Translations under genes and position numbers: made by a program
The notes under the pieces: model-generated
What the model saw: the letters and a program-made list of their open reading frames with translations, nothing else
Databases searched by the model: none
What the model was told of the DNA's origin: nothing
Origin: Vibrio vulnificus CMCP6
GTDB taxonomy: Bacteria; Pseudomonadota; Gammaproteobacteria; Enterobacterales; Vibrionaceae
Reading direction: 5' to 3'
Length of the DNA: 32,000 bases
Assembly: GCF_000039765.1 (NCBI RefSeq)
Contig: NC_004459.3
Location: 570,001 to 602,000, forward strand
Part shown: positions 9,428-19,537 of the stretch, piece by piece
How positions within the stretch are numbered: position 1 is the first letter of the stretch
Layout of the letters: each line of letters begins with the position of its first letter

Positions 9428-10567
9428 TTAAGCGCTGTGTTGTTTAATCAGTTCGATGAAATGGTCAAATAGCGGAGCTGCGTCGTGTGGACCTGGGCTC
9501 GCTTCAGGGTGACCTTGGAAGCTGAATGCTGGCTTGTCTGTGCGGTGAATTCCCTGCAAAGAGCCATCAAAGAGCGATACGTGAGTAGCACGTAGGTTAT
9601 CTGGTAGAGTTGCTTCATCAGCGGCAAAACCGTGGTTTTGCGAAGTAATCATCACCACATTGCGGTCTAAATCTTTTACAGGATGGTTTGCACCATGGTG
9701 ACCAAACTTCATCTTCACCGTTTTCGCACCAGACGCCAACGCGAGAATTTGGTGGCCAAGACAAATACCAAATACTGGTAGGCCATTTTCTAGGAACACT
9801 TTGGTTGCTTCAATCGCATAAGTACAAGGTGCTGGGTCACCAGGGCCGTTTGACAGGAAAACACCATCTGGGTTTAGCGCCAGAACGTCTTCTGCCGACG
9901 TTTCTGCTGGCACGACCGTTAAGCGGCAGCCGCGGTCAACCAACATTCGTAAGATGTTGCGTTTTGCGCCGAAATCGTAGGCAACAACGTGATATGGCAA
10001 TTCGCTGTCATCTTTCGCTTCTGGAAGTCCACCCTCAAGCGTCCACGAACCTTGTTTCCATTGATACGCTTCTTTTGTTGTAACCTCTTTCGCAAGATCC
10101 ATTCCTTTTAAACCTGGGAATTCTTTTGCTTTCGCCAGTGCCAAAGCTTCATCTAGGTTGTTACCTGCAACGATACAACCGTTTTGTGCACCTTTCTCAC
10201 GCAGAATACGAGTGAGCTTACGCGTATCAATATCAGCAATGCCGACAATGTTTTGCGATTTGAGGTAATCAGAAAGAGATTGTTCACTACGGAAGTTAGA
10301 AGCGATAAGAGGAAGATCGCGAATCACAAGGCCTTGAGCATGAATGGAAGAGGATTCTTCGTCTTCGGAAGTGGTTCCGGTATTGCCAATGTGAGGATAA
10401 GTAAGAGTAACGATTTGCTGGGAATAAGAAGGATCAGTGAGGATTTCTTGATACCCCGTCATCGAGGTATTGAAAACGACTTCTCCAACGGAAATACCAT
10501 CTGCGCCAATGGACACTCCGCGGAACACTGTCCCATCTTCCAGGACTAACAGTGCTGATTTACTCAA
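9428..10567 (-). CDS. carA: Carbamoyl-phosphate synthase small (glutamine amidotransferase) subunit
   Basis: 379 aa with the GATase catalytic region GICLGHQ and HHGANHPV. The start codon is TTG (10565-10567), with GGAGG 5 nt upstream. As I recall, E. coli carA also uses a UUG start. Confidence 0.97.
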
Positions 10568-10577
10568 GACAACCTCC

Positions 10578-10612
10578 AGAATAAAAATGCATAAAAAATA
10601 AATTAAACTGCA
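10578..10612 (-). promoter_or_regulatory. Tandem ARG-box-like sites (putative ArgR operator) just upstream of the carA SD
   Basis: Minus strand: TGCAGTTTAATTTA (10612-10599) and TGCATTTTTATTCT (10591-10578). They match the core TGAAT-W4-ATTCA at 11/14 and 12/14 positions, and their starts are 21 bp apart, the canonical ARG-box phasing. A possible P2 -10 (TTTAAT) lies inside the first box. Confidence 0.45.
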
Positions 10613-10660
10613 AATCTGCCCTATCTATCACCAGAAAAGTGTGATTTTGGGGAATTCAGA

Positions 10661-10701
10661 CAAATTGGCGGTATTCTAAAGACACTCTTGATACATGTCA
10701 A
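10661..10701 (-). promoter_or_regulatory. Near-consensus sigma70 promoter (carAB P1-like) with AATTTG initially transcribed sequence
   Basis: Minus strand: TTGACA (10701-10696), a 17-nt spacer, TAGAAT (10678-10673), accgcc, then AATTTG (10666-10661). The predicted TSS is about 100 nt upstream of the carA TTG. Confidence 0.55.
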
Positions 10702-11007
10702 CATTTCGCTTTTAACAAAATAGCACTTTAGAGCATCTAGGGTAAAAAACAGCAAAACAGCCCCAAAAGTATAACTTTATTCAGCTTCAACCACCCAATT
10801 CATGAAAATTTTATGAAACGAGCAAAAACCAAGCAAACATAGATCACATTTTTTATTTACACCAAAAAGCAAACGTTGCGCAAGTTTCCATTACACTTAC
10901 TTTCTAGCACTTCAGAACAAAACAAGACTAAACAACAAGAAATAACACATTAACTTAACGCTAAGAAGACAAGAACTTTGAGCAAACTTTAAGGAAAAGT
11001 AGAGCAG

Positions 11008-11036
11008 ATAAAAGAAGCGCCAGCATTGGCTGGCGC
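11008..11036 (-). terminator. Rho-independent terminator after dapB
   Basis: Minus strand: GCGCCAGC-caat-GCTGGCGC followed by ttctttta, 12 nt after the dapB stop. Confidence 0.75.
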
Positions 11037-11048
11037 ATAATTATTTAT

Positions 11049-11903
<855 letters not shown>

Positions 11904-11950
11904 TCAAATAGGTTCTTAAACTATCAACTATTGCAAAGCGAGACCAGATC

Positions 11951-12352
11951 TCAAGCAAACTCTTTTAGCACTCTTTCGAGAATTGGTACGTTTGCTTCTG
12001 GAAACGGGTAACGGCTCAGTTCCGCAATCGCCACCCACTCTCCCTGTTGTCCTTCTCTTCCATAAGGCTGACCGTTAAAATCCGTCACTGTGATAAAGTC
12101 AAACTTGAGCGATTTATCTGGGTAATCGTACTCTAAATGCTCAAACAGCTGTTGTTGAGTCGCCGTAATACCAATTTCTTCTTCGAGTTCACGTACCATG
12201 GCTTGCTCTATGCTTTCCCCCTCTTCGACTTTGCCTCCAGGAAACTCCCAAAAGCCACCTTTGTGTTTATCATCCGGACGCTTGGTAATGTAAACCTGGC
12301 TCTTATCTTGATTGAAAATAATCGCCGCAACAATATGGATACGTTTCATCAT
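11951..12352 (-). CDS. mutT: 8-oxo-dGTP diphosphatase MutT (Nudix hydrolase)
   Basis: 133 aa with the Nudix box GGKVEEGESIEQAMVRELEEEIGI. Tandem ATG ATG start with AAGGA 5 nt upstream. It follows secA as in E. coli. Confidence 0.9.
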   Translation of the reverse strand: MMKRIHIVAAIIFNQDKSQVYITKRPDDKHKGGFWEFPGGKVEEGESIEQAMVRELEEEIGITATQQQLFEHLEYDYPDKSLKFDFITVTDFNGQPYGREGQQGEWVAIAELSRYPFPEANVPILERVLKEFA

Positions 12353-12360
12353 TTTTTCCT

Positions 12361-12388
12361 TAAAAAAAGAGCCGCCTAAGCGACTCTT
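12361..12388 (-). terminator. Intrinsic-terminator-like hairpin plus T7 run between secA and mutT
   Basis: Minus strand: AAGAGtCGC-ttag-GCGgCTCTT followed by TTTTT. It has one internal mismatch and ends 3 nt before the mutT SD (AAGGA). Confidence 0.6.
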
Positions 12389-12414
12389 AATTGATTACAT
12401 TAATTAGGCTAACA

Positions 12415-15138
12415 CTAATTGATTTGACCGTGACACTGTTTGTATTTTTTGCCACTACCACAAGGGCAAGGTTCATTACGACCTACTTTACGCTCGTCAC
12501 GGACCACTGGCTGGTGATGCCCTTCGTCAGAATCATCAGCAAGCTGGCTTTGAGCTGAGGCATGTTGAGCTTGTGCACGGCGAGCGGCTTCTTCAGCTTG
12601 TGCACGACGCTGAGCTTCCATACGCTCCACTTCTTCTTGCTGCTGCACACGAACTTTTGACAAAATCATCACAACATCAGATTTCAATGTTTCAAGCAAG
12701 CCTTCAAACAGTTCAAACGACTCACGCTTGTATTCCTGTTTCGGGTTCTTTTGTGCATAACCACGCAGATGGATACCTTGACGTAAGTGGTCCATCGCCG
12801 CCAAGTGCTCTTTCCACAATGTATCCAACGTTTGTAACATCACTGATTTTTCGAAGTTACGTAGCACTTGTGCACCAACCACTTCTTCTTTCGCTTTGTA
12901 GACTTCAACCGCGGTATTAATGACTTTTTCACGTAGTGCTTCTTCGTAAAGCTTGTCGTCTTCTTCCAACCATTGCTTCACAGGAGCATCGATATCGAAA
13001 TCGTTCTTTAGACGTTCTTGTAGGCCTTCAAGATCCCACATGTCTTCCAGTGATTGAGGTGGAATGTATTCATCGATGACACCTTGAAGCACATCAACGC
13101 GATTGTGTTCGATCATATCGCTAATGTCATCAACACTCATCAACTCATCACGTAGCTCATACACGACTTTACGCTGATCGTTCGCCACATCATCGTACTC
13201 AAGTAGCTGCTTACGAATATCGAAGTTACGTCCTTCCACTTTGCGTTGCGCTTTTTCGATAGAGCGAGACAGCATCTTAGATTCGATCGCTTCCCCTTCT
13301 TCCATACCACTTTGAATCAATGCCGCCATACGATCCGAAGTAAAGATACGGAGTAATGAATCTTCCATAGAAAGGTAGAAACGAGATGAACCGGCATCAC
13401 CCTGACGACCTGAACGACCGCGCAGCTGGTTATCGATACGGCGGGATTCGTGACGCTCAGTACCAATAATGTGTAGACCGCCCGACTCAAGCACTTGATC
13501 GTGAACTAGCTTCCACTCAGCTTTGATTTCATCAATCTGTTCTTGCGTTGGGTTAGCCATCGATTCAACTTTCGCTTGCCAACTACCGCCTAGCACGATG
13601 TCCGTACCACGACCAGCCATGTTGGTTGCAATGGTCACCGAACCCGGTTTACCGGCTTCTGCAACAATTTCCGCTTCTTTTTCGTGGAACTTGGCATTTA
13701 GAACATTGTGTTTAATTTTCGCTTTTTTCAGCGCATTCGAAAGCAGCTCGGATTTCTCGATAGAAACCGTACCCACAAGTACAGGTTGACCTTTTTCTAC
13801 GCGCGCTTTGATGTCTTCAATAATGGCAGCAAATTTCTCTGCTTCAGTACGATAAACAACATCTGGCATGTCGTTACGGATCATTGGCTTGTTGGTTGGG
13901 ATAACCACTGTCTCAAGACCGTAAATCGATTGGAATTCGAACGCTTCGGTGTCCGCTGTACCCGTCATACCTGACAGTTTTTCATACAGACGGAAGTAGT
14001 TCTGGAATGTAATCGAAGCCAAGGTTTGGTTTTCGTTTTGGATCTTAACGCCTTCTTTCGCTTCAACCGCTTGGTGAAGACCTTCAGACCAACGACGACC
14101 AGGCATTGTACGGCCAGTGTGTTCATCAACGATCACCACTTCGCCGTCTTCGTTTACGATGTAGTCTACGTTCTTCTCGAACAGAACATGCGCACGTAAT
14201 GCCGCGTTAACGTGATGCAAAAGGCTGATGTTGGTTGGAGAGTACAATGTATCTCCCTCTTCCATTAGGCCATTTTTCACCATCAACTCTTCCACAAACT
14301 CTTGGCCTGTTTCCGTTAGATGCACTTGCTTCGATTTTTCGTCGACAGTGTAGTGGCCATCACCACGATACTCTTCAGAGTCTTCTTTATCTTGCTTCTG
14401 CAATAATGGAATCAGCGCATTGATACGCGTGTAAAGCTCAGAGCTGTCTTCAGCAGGACCAGAAATGATAAGTGGTGTACGCGCTTCATCGATCAAGATC
14501 GAGTCCACCTCATCGACGACGGCAAAGAAACGCTCACGCTGAACGCGATCTTCATTGCGGAAAGCCATGTTGTCGCGTAGGTAATCAAAACCAAACTCGT
14601 TGTTGGTCCCGTATAGGATATCGGCTTGGTACGCTTCTTTTTTCGCAGGATGAGGCATGTTTGGCACATTAATGCCAACGGTCATTCCTAGAAACTCAAA
14701 TAGAGGGCGGTTGGTTTCTGCGTCACGCTTTGCCAAGTAATCATTGACGGTAACAATGTGAACACCTTTACCAGCCAGTGCGTTAAGGTAAGCAGGAAGA
14801 GTTGCGGTTAAAGTTTTACCTTCACCCGTACGCATTTCAGCGATTTGGCCTGCATTGAGAACCATACCACCGATCAACTGAACATCGAAATGACGCATAC
14901 CGTAAACACGCTTTGATGCTTCACGAACGGTAGCAAATGCTTCAGGTAATAGTTGGTCAAGCGTTTCGCCTTGTTCTAGACGTTGGCGAAACTCAACCGT
15001 TTTTGCTTTTAATTGTTCATCTGAGAGAGCCTCAAAGGTCGGCTCGTAGTTGTTAATCTCTTTAACAATCTTTCTAAGGCGGCGCAGTGTGCGATCGTTG
15101 CGACTACCAATCACCTTTGTCAGTAGCTTAGTTATCAT
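12415..15138 (-). CDS. secA: Preprotein translocase ATPase SecA
   Basis: 907 aa with Walker [10 protein letters not shown], the [19 protein letters not shown] motif, and the C-terminal zinc-binding tail [14 protein letters not shown]. Confidence 0.98.
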   Translation of the reverse strand: MITKLLTKVIGSRNDRTLRRLRKIVKEINNYEPTFEALSDEQLKAKTVEFRQRLEQGETLDQLLPEAFATVREASKRVYGMRHFDVQLIGGMVLNAGQIAEMRTGEGKTLTATLPAYLNALAGKGVHIVTVNDYLAKRDAETNRPLFEFLGMTVGINVPNMPHPAKKEAYQADILYGTNNEFGFDYLRDNMAFRNEDRVQRERFFAVVDEVDSILIDEARTPLIISGPAEDSSELYTRINALIPLLQKQDKEDSEEYRGDGHYTVDEKSKQVHLTETGQEFVEELMVKNGLMEEGDTLYSPTNISLLHHVNAALRAHVLFEKNVDYIVNEDGEVVIVDEHTGRTMPGRRWSEGLHQAVEAKEGVKIQNENQTLASITFQNYFRLYEKLSGMTGTADTEAFEFQSIYGLETVVIPTNKPMIRNDMPDVVYRTEAEKFAAIIEDIKARVEKGQPVLVGTVSIEKSELLSNALKKAKIKHNVLNAKFHEKEAEIVAEAGKPGSVTIATNMAGRGTDIVLGGSWQAKVESMANPTQEQIDEIKAEWKLVHDQVLESGGLHIIGTERHESRRIDNQLRGRSGRQGDAGSSRFYLSMEDSLLRIFTSDRMAALIQSGMEEGEAIESKMLSRSIEKAQRKVEGRNFDIRKQLLEYDDVANDQRKVVYELRDELMSVDDISDMIEHNRVDVLQGVIDEYIPPQSLEDMWDLEGLQERLKNDFDIDAPVKQWLEEDDKLYEEALREKVINTAVEVYKAKEEVVGAQVLRNFEKSVMLQTLDTLWKEHLAAMDHLRQGIHLRGYAQKNPKQEYKRESFELFEGLLETLKSDVVMILSKVRVQQQEEVERMEAQRRAQAEEAARRAQAQHASAQSQLADDSDEGHHQPVVRDERKVGRNEPCPCGSGKKYKQCHGQIN

Positions 15139-15408
15139 TTCTTATGAATCTCTCTTTGTTAGACCATTTCGGCCTACGATAAATGCCTTCAGTCTCTACC
15201 AGTTTTAAACTAAGGATACTGAGATAAATCATGTAACTCAGATATTGTACTGACGAGCTATTTTTTCAAGGCTAAGGTGGCAAATAATGTCGTCTAGTGT
15301 AAGGATTTTTCGTTAAGACAACCATCACAAACCCCATTTGTTTGAAGCGCTTTGAAGTTTTTATTGTTATTGGCGATGGATTCACCAGTGAAATAACCCC
15401 AAAGCAAC

Positions 15409-15438
15409 TTGAAGCAGGCTTAAGTGGTAACTTAGAAT
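15409..15438 (+). promoter_or_regulatory. Putative sigma70 promoter for the dciA-like gene
   Basis: TTGAAG (15409-15414), an 18-nt spacer, then TAGAAT (15433-15438), about 30 nt upstream of ATG 15470. Confidence 0.4.
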
Positions 15439-15469
15439 GCATGTATGGATGTTTTTTTAGGTGCCTATC

Positions 15470-15928
15470 ATGCGTGATCATCGCCCCACTTCAACACAAG
15501 AACTTATTGACGGTAGCGGTAGCTCGCTACAAAAGATCCAGCATCATGCGTGCGAGATACTCGAGTTGAATAAAGTGTTAGCAGAATTGCTGCCAAATGG
15601 GACGGCACAGCATTGCCGAGCGGCAAATTTACGTCAGGGATGTTTGATCCTCGATGTCGCCAGCGCAGCGATCAAAATGAAGATTGATTATGATCGATTA
15701 ACGATCCTGAATGCTTTACGCTCTCGCGGATTCGCTAAATTAATGGCTATCGAAGTACGCATTAATCCTGGCCTTTATCAGCAAAAAGATCCTAAGGATC
15801 AAAAGAAGCGCGAGCCGATCTCGCAAAATGCTGCAAATGCTTTAACTATGATTGCCGAAATGGCACCACCAAAAGTGAAAGCTCGTCTCGAGCGATTGGC
15901 TGCAATGGCAGAGAAGAAATCGAGCTGA
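15470..15928 (+). CDS. dciA: DUF721/DciA-like protein (putative replicative helicase operator)
   Basis: The ORF-track start at 15461 is a GTG. ATG 15470 has AGGTG 7 nt upstream. 152 aa, basic, with a disordered-looking Lys/Ala-rich C-terminus. The call rests on my recollection that the small gene between lpxC and secA in Vibrio and Pseudomonas is the DUF721/DciA family member. I verified no diagnostic motif by eye. Confidence 0.55.
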   Translation: MRDHRPTSTQELIDGSGSSLQKIQHHACEILELNKVLAELLPNGTAQHCRAANLRQGCLILDVASAAIKMKIDYDRLTILNALRSRGFAKLMAIEVRINPGLYQQKDPKDQKKREPISQNAANALTMIAEMAPPKVKARLERLAAMAEKKSS

Positions 15929-15955
15929 ATTTTGATTTGTTAATGAATCAAAAAA

Positions 15956-15988
15956 GTAAAAAGCCAGACATCTGTCTGGCTTTTCTTT
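15956..15988. terminator. Bidirectional Rho-independent terminator between the convergent dciA-like gene and lpxC
   Basis: GCCAGAC-atct-GTCTGGC (15963-15980), flanked by an A-run on the 5' side and TTTTCTTTATT on the 3' side. Confidence 0.85.
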
Positions 15989-16001
15989 ATTCATTCGCTT
16001 G

Positions 16002-16919
16002 TTACGCTAAAACCATATTCGGTTCTGCGAAGGCAACTGGAGAACCAACTTCTTCTTCAAACGTTGTCCATTCCCAAGCTTCTTGATCTGCCAACACTGC
16101 GCGTAGCAATTGGTTATTTAAACCATGTCCGGATTTGTATGCGCGGAACTCACCAATAATCGCATGACCACACATGTAAAGGTCACCGATCGCATCCAAC
16201 ACTTTGTGCGTAACAAATTCGTTTTCGAAACGAAGGCCTTCTTCGTTAAGAATGCGGTAATCGTCCAACACAATGGCGTTGTCAAAGCTGCCACCCAAGA
16301 CTAAATTTTGTGACTGGAGATATTCGATATCACGCATAAAGCCAAAAGTACGTGCACGAGAGATTTCACGAACAAAACCTTGCGTTGAGAAATCGAACAA
16401 CAAACGCTGCTCATCAGAATCGATTGCAGGGTGGTTAAACTCGATTTCAAAATCCATGCGGAAACCATTAAATGGTACAAATTCAGCCCACTTGTCACCG
16501 TCTTCAAAACGAACTGGTTTCTTAATACGGATAAAACGCTTCGCTGCATTTTGTGTCTCAATGCCTGCTTGCTGAAGCAAGTAAACAAATGGACTTGCGC
16601 TGCCATCCATAATTGGAATTTCAGGAGCATCAACTTCAATGATGATGTTATCGATACCCATACCCGCAAGCGCTGCGTTCAAATGCTCCACTGTAGAAAT
16701 GCGCACACCCTCATCATTCACGAGCGCAGTACACAACATAGTGTCACGAACAGAAGCAGGATCAGCAGGAAAATCTACCGCAGGCGTTAGATCAGTGCGG
16801 CGATAAATAATGCCAGTGTTTGCAGCTGCAGGGCGAAGAGTTAATGTGACTTTACGACCAGAGTGGAGACCCACACCAGTTGTTTTCACAATTTCTTTCA
16901 GAGTACGTTGTCTGATCAT
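16002..16919 (-). CDS. lpxC: UDP-3-O-acyl-N-acetylglucosamine deacetylase
   Basis: 305 aa with MIRQRTLK..., [16 protein letters not shown] and [10 protein letters not shown] motifs. AGAGG lies 7 nt before the ATG. Confidence 0.97.
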   Translation of the reverse strand: MIRQRTLKEIVKTTGVGLHSGRKVTLTLRPAAANTGIIYRRTDLTPAVDFPADPASVRDTMLCTALVNDEGVRISTVEHLNAALAGMGIDNIIIEVDAPEIPIMDGSASPFVYLLQQAGIETQNAAKRFIRIKKPVRFEDGDKWAEFVPFNGFRMDFEIEFNHPAIDSDEQRLLFDFSTQGFVREISRARTFGFMRDIEYLQSQNLVLGGSFDNAIVLDDYRILNEEGLRFENEFVTHKVLDAIGDLYMCGHAIIGEFRAYKSGHGLNNQLLRAVLADQEAWEWTTFEEEVGSPVAFAEPNMVLA

Positions 16920-16947
16920 CTGATTGCCTCTTTGAAGTGCTACAAAT

Positions 16948-16973
16948 CACGGTCGTCTAAGACGCCGACCGTG
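16948..16973 (-). other. Stable hairpin between ftsZ and lpxC (ftsZ attenuator/terminator and/or lpxC 5' stem-loop)
   Basis: Minus strand: CACGGTCG-gcgtcttaga-CGACCGTG. The stem is 8 bp and GC-rich, followed by aTTTgT. It begins 1 nt downstream of the putative lpxC -10 element. Confidence 0.55.
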
Positions 16974-16974
16974 A

Positions 16975-17002
16975 ATGCTACCACAATTTTGAACAGTGTC
17001 AA
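16975..17002 (-). promoter_or_regulatory. Putative lpxC promoter (TTGACA-16-TGgTAGCAT, extended -10)
   Basis: Minus strand: TTGACA (17002-16997), a 16-nt spacer ending in TGg, then TAGCAT (16980-16975). It lies 15 nt after the ftsZ stop. Confidence 0.45.
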
Positions 17003-17017
17003 ATTTGTGCCTGAATA

Positions 17018-18232
17018 TTAATCAGCCTGACGACGTAAAAATGCCGGAATATCCAAATATCCGCTCTCTTTTTCCTGCTTAGGTGCCGCATTCTGGCTAC
17101 CTGATGCAGGAGAAGAAGAAACAGGCGTCGATGGCTGAGGAGTAACCTGAGGTCTTTCCTGCAAAGTTTGTGCCGGTTTCTCTTCCACCTTCGCTGCCAC
17201 AACAGGTTGTGGTGCTGCAGTTGGTTGAGCGACTTTAGCTTTACCACCTGAAACTAACGTGATGTCTGGTTTCTTATCGTTACCGATACCGGTAGCAACC
17301 ACCGTCACTCGAATTTCATCCGCCATGTCTGGATCAAGTGAAGTACCGATTACGACTGTTGCGTTATCCGAAGCAAACGCTTTAACAGTATTACCCACCG
17401 TTTCAAATTCATCTAGGCGCATATCTAGACCAGCGGTAATGTTAACCAGCACGCCACGAGCACCTGCAAGGTCGATATCTTCGAGAAGTGGGCTAGAAAT
17501 AGCCATTTCCGCCGCTTCTTCTGCACGATCTTCGCCTTTTGCCACACCGCTACCCATCATCGCGTGACCCATCTCAGACATCACTGTACGAACGTCCGCA
17601 AAGTCCACGTTGATCATGCCAGGGCGAGTAATTAGCTCGGCGATACCTTGCACTGCATTTTTTAGAACATCATTCGCGCTAGCAAAGGCTTCCAACAAAG
17701 TGATGCCGCGACCAAGCACTTTCAGCAGCTTTTCGTTTGGAATGGTGATCAATGAGTCAACATGCTTTGATAATTCATCGATACCTTGCTCAGCAAATGC
17801 TAAGCGCTTCTTTCCTTCGAAACTAAACGGCTTGGTTACTACTGCAACCGTCAGGATGCCTAGCTCTTTCGCAACTTCTGCAATAACGGGAGCAGCACCA
17901 GTACCAGTACCACCGCCCATGCCAGCTGCGATAAACACCATATCGGCACCAATCAGCAATTCTTTAATTCTTTCTTTGTCTTCAAGAGCTGCGTCACGAC
18001 CAACTTGTGGGTTTGCACCTGCACCCAGACCTTTAGTGATGTTGCCACCAATCTGGATCACATTGCCCACACTTGTCTTACGAAGTGCTTGTGCATCCGT
18101 ATTGACGCTGATGAATTCCACGCCTTCGATGGATTCACGCACCATGTGTTCTACAGCATTACCGCCGCCGCCACCAACCCCAACGACTTTAATTACAGCA
18201 TCGTCAGACATTTCCATCATCGGTTCAAACAT
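17018..18232 (-). CDS. ftsZ: Cell division GTPase FtsZ
   Basis: 404 aa with the tubulin signature [11 protein letters not shown], a Pro/Gln/Ala-rich C-terminal linker, and the conserved tail [15 protein letters not shown] lies 7 nt before the ATG. Confidence 0.98.
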   Translation of the reverse strand: MFEPMMEMSDDAVIKVVGVGGGGGNAVEHMVRESIEGVEFISVNTDAQALRKTSVGNVIQIGGNITKGLGAGANPQVGRDAALEDKERIKELLIGADMVFIAAGMGGGTGTGAAPVIAEVAKELGILTVAVVTKPFSFEGKKRLAFAEQGIDELSKHVDSLITIPNEKLLKVLGRGITLLEAFASANDVLKNAVQGIAELITRPGMINVDFADVRTVMSEMGHAMMGSGVAKGEDRAEEAAEMAISSPLLEDIDLAGARGVLVNITAGLDMRLDEFETVGNTVKAFASDNATVVIGTSLDPDMADEIRVTVVATGIGNDKKPDITLVSGGKAKVAQPTAAPQPVVAAKVEEKPAQTLQERPQVTPQPSTPVSSSPASGSQNAAPKQEKESGYLDIPAFLRRQAD

Positions 18233-18264
18233 GTGTTATCTCCGTTTTTCCTGCAACTCTCAGG

Positions 18265-19527
18265 TTAAAACTCTTTTTGTATCCAATTACGCAGCTTGCC
18301 AAACAAGCCAGTGACTGCCGAACGTTTAGGCTCGTTGTAGTCACTATCATCGCTTGAGCGCATATCTCGTGCGTAATGAAGTAATCCAACTGCCGTGGAA
18401 TGATACGGCTCTTTTACATAATCAGTTAAGCCACTCACTTCTAGTGGCTTACCAACGCGAACTTGATTGCGGAACACTCGCTCCGCACATTCTACTAAAC
18501 CTTCAATTTGCGCTGCCCCTCCGGTGAGGACAACACCCGCTGCAAGATGGTGCTTAATTCCATCTTCACGCAGCTTCATTTGAACAGATTCAATAGTTTG
18601 GTTAACTAATCCCATCAGTTCAGAATAGCGCGGTTCAATCACCTCAGACAAAGTTTGACGTTGCAAACTCCGAGAGGGACGCCCACCAACACTTGGGACG
18701 TTAACCGTATCATCCTTGCTGACTAACTCACTCAGAGCACAGCCATATTTCACTTTGATCTCTTCGGCATCACTCACGGGTGTACCAAAGGCAAAAGCGA
18801 TGTCGCTGGTGACAGCATTGCCGGCATAAGAGAACACTTCGGTATGTCGAAGTGCACCACCAGTCCAGATTGCTACGTCCATGGTGCCTGCGCCGATATC
18901 GACCACACACACACCCAGCTCTCTTTCATCTTCTGTAATGACAGCATTACTTGCCGCCAAACCAGAAAAGACAATTTGCTCGACTTTTAAACCACAACGC
19001 TCTACCGCTTTAATTATATTACGCGCCATGTCGTTGTGGCAGGAAATAAGATGAACACTCACTTCCATTCTCACGCCAGACAAACCAAGAGGGTTTTTAA
19101 TGCCTTCTTGATAATCGATGGTGAACTCTTGTGGAATCACATGAAGGATTCTCTGCTCATCACCGATTTTAATGGATTTAGCTGTATGTATAGCACGATC
19201 CATATCTTCTTGTGAGACTTCTTCATCGGAAATGGTACCCATGCCCTTTTCTATGCGGCTGGCAATATGCTTCCCCGATAAAGAAATAAATACGTTGCTG
19301 ATTTGGCACTCAGCCATCATTTCAGCTTGATCGATCGCTCTCTGGACAGATTTCACCACAGATTCAAGATCGTTCACGCCGCCTTTATCCATACCACGAG
19401 ATGGGCTACTGCCTGCTCCAATGATATTAATTTGACCATCAGGCAGAATTTCGCCTACCAGAGCGGATACGGTTGCAGTGCCTATATCAAGACCAACAAT
19501 AATGTTGTCATCGGCGGTCTTAGTCAT
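18265..19527 (-). CDS. ftsA: Cell division protein FtsA
   Basis: The ORF-track start at 19602 overlaps ftsQ. ATG 19527 (MTKTADDNIIVGLDIGT...) gives 420 aa as in E. coli and lies 10 nt after the ftsQ TAA. Actin-fold motifs DIGT and DIGAGTMD are present. Confidence 0.95.
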   Translation of the reverse strand: MTKTADDNIIVGLDIGTATVSALVGEILPDGQINIIGAGSSPSRGMDKGGVNDLESVVKSVQRAIDQAEMMAECQISNVFISLSGKHIASRIEKGMGTISDEEVSQEDMDRAIHTAKSIKIGDEQRILHVIPQEFTIDYQEGIKNPLGLSGVRMEVSVHLISCHNDMARNIIKAVERCGLKVEQIVFSGLAASNAVITEDERELGVCVVDIGAGTMDVAIWTGGALRHTEVFSYAGNAVTSDIAFAFGTPVSDAEEIKVKYGCALSELVSKDDTVNVPSVGGRPSRSLQRQTLSEVIEPRYSELMGLVNQTIESVQMKLREDGIKHHLAAGVVLTGGAAQIEGLVECAERVFRNQVRVGKPLEVSGLTDYVKEPYHSTAVGLLHYARDMRSSDDSDYNEPKRSAVTGLFGKLRNWIQKEF

Positions 19528-19537
19528 CTGTACTCTC

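Noticed and set aside
10866-10886. PurR-box-like sequence AAGCAAACGTTGCGCA upstream of carAB.
   Set aside because: Only one half-site matches the ACGCAAACGTTTGCGT consensus well, and the other half matches at about 3 of 8 positions. It lies about 200 bp upstream of the predicted TSS. I mention it only as a low-confidence note.
15272-15481. 69-aa minus-strand ORF upstream of secA ending ...RRHYLPP, including a 21-codon sub-ORF MGFVMVVLTKNPYTRRHYLPP. I considered it as a SecM-like arrest peptide or leader.
   Set aside because: It has no signal peptide, no SD before any of its starts, and no resemblance to the SecM arrest motif (FxxxxWIxxxxGIRAGP). It overlaps the dciA-like promoter and start on the other strand, and I found no SD-sequestering structure linking it to secA. 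A terminal Pro-Pro alone is weak evidence.
17610-18314. 234-aa ORF antisense to ftsZ. Similar long antisense or alternative-frame ORFs include 8666..9136 and 8357..8653 in carB, 11106..11675 in dapB, 20324..20794 and 20818..21297 in murC, 2531..3025, 4431..4697, 4872..5168 and 30020..30424.
   Set aside because: They lie entirely inside well-supported conserved genes. Their Ser/Pro/Ala/Thr/Arg-rich low-complexity composition is typical of shadow frames, and they lack RBS or promoter context. I treat them as by-products of codon bias on the opposite strand.
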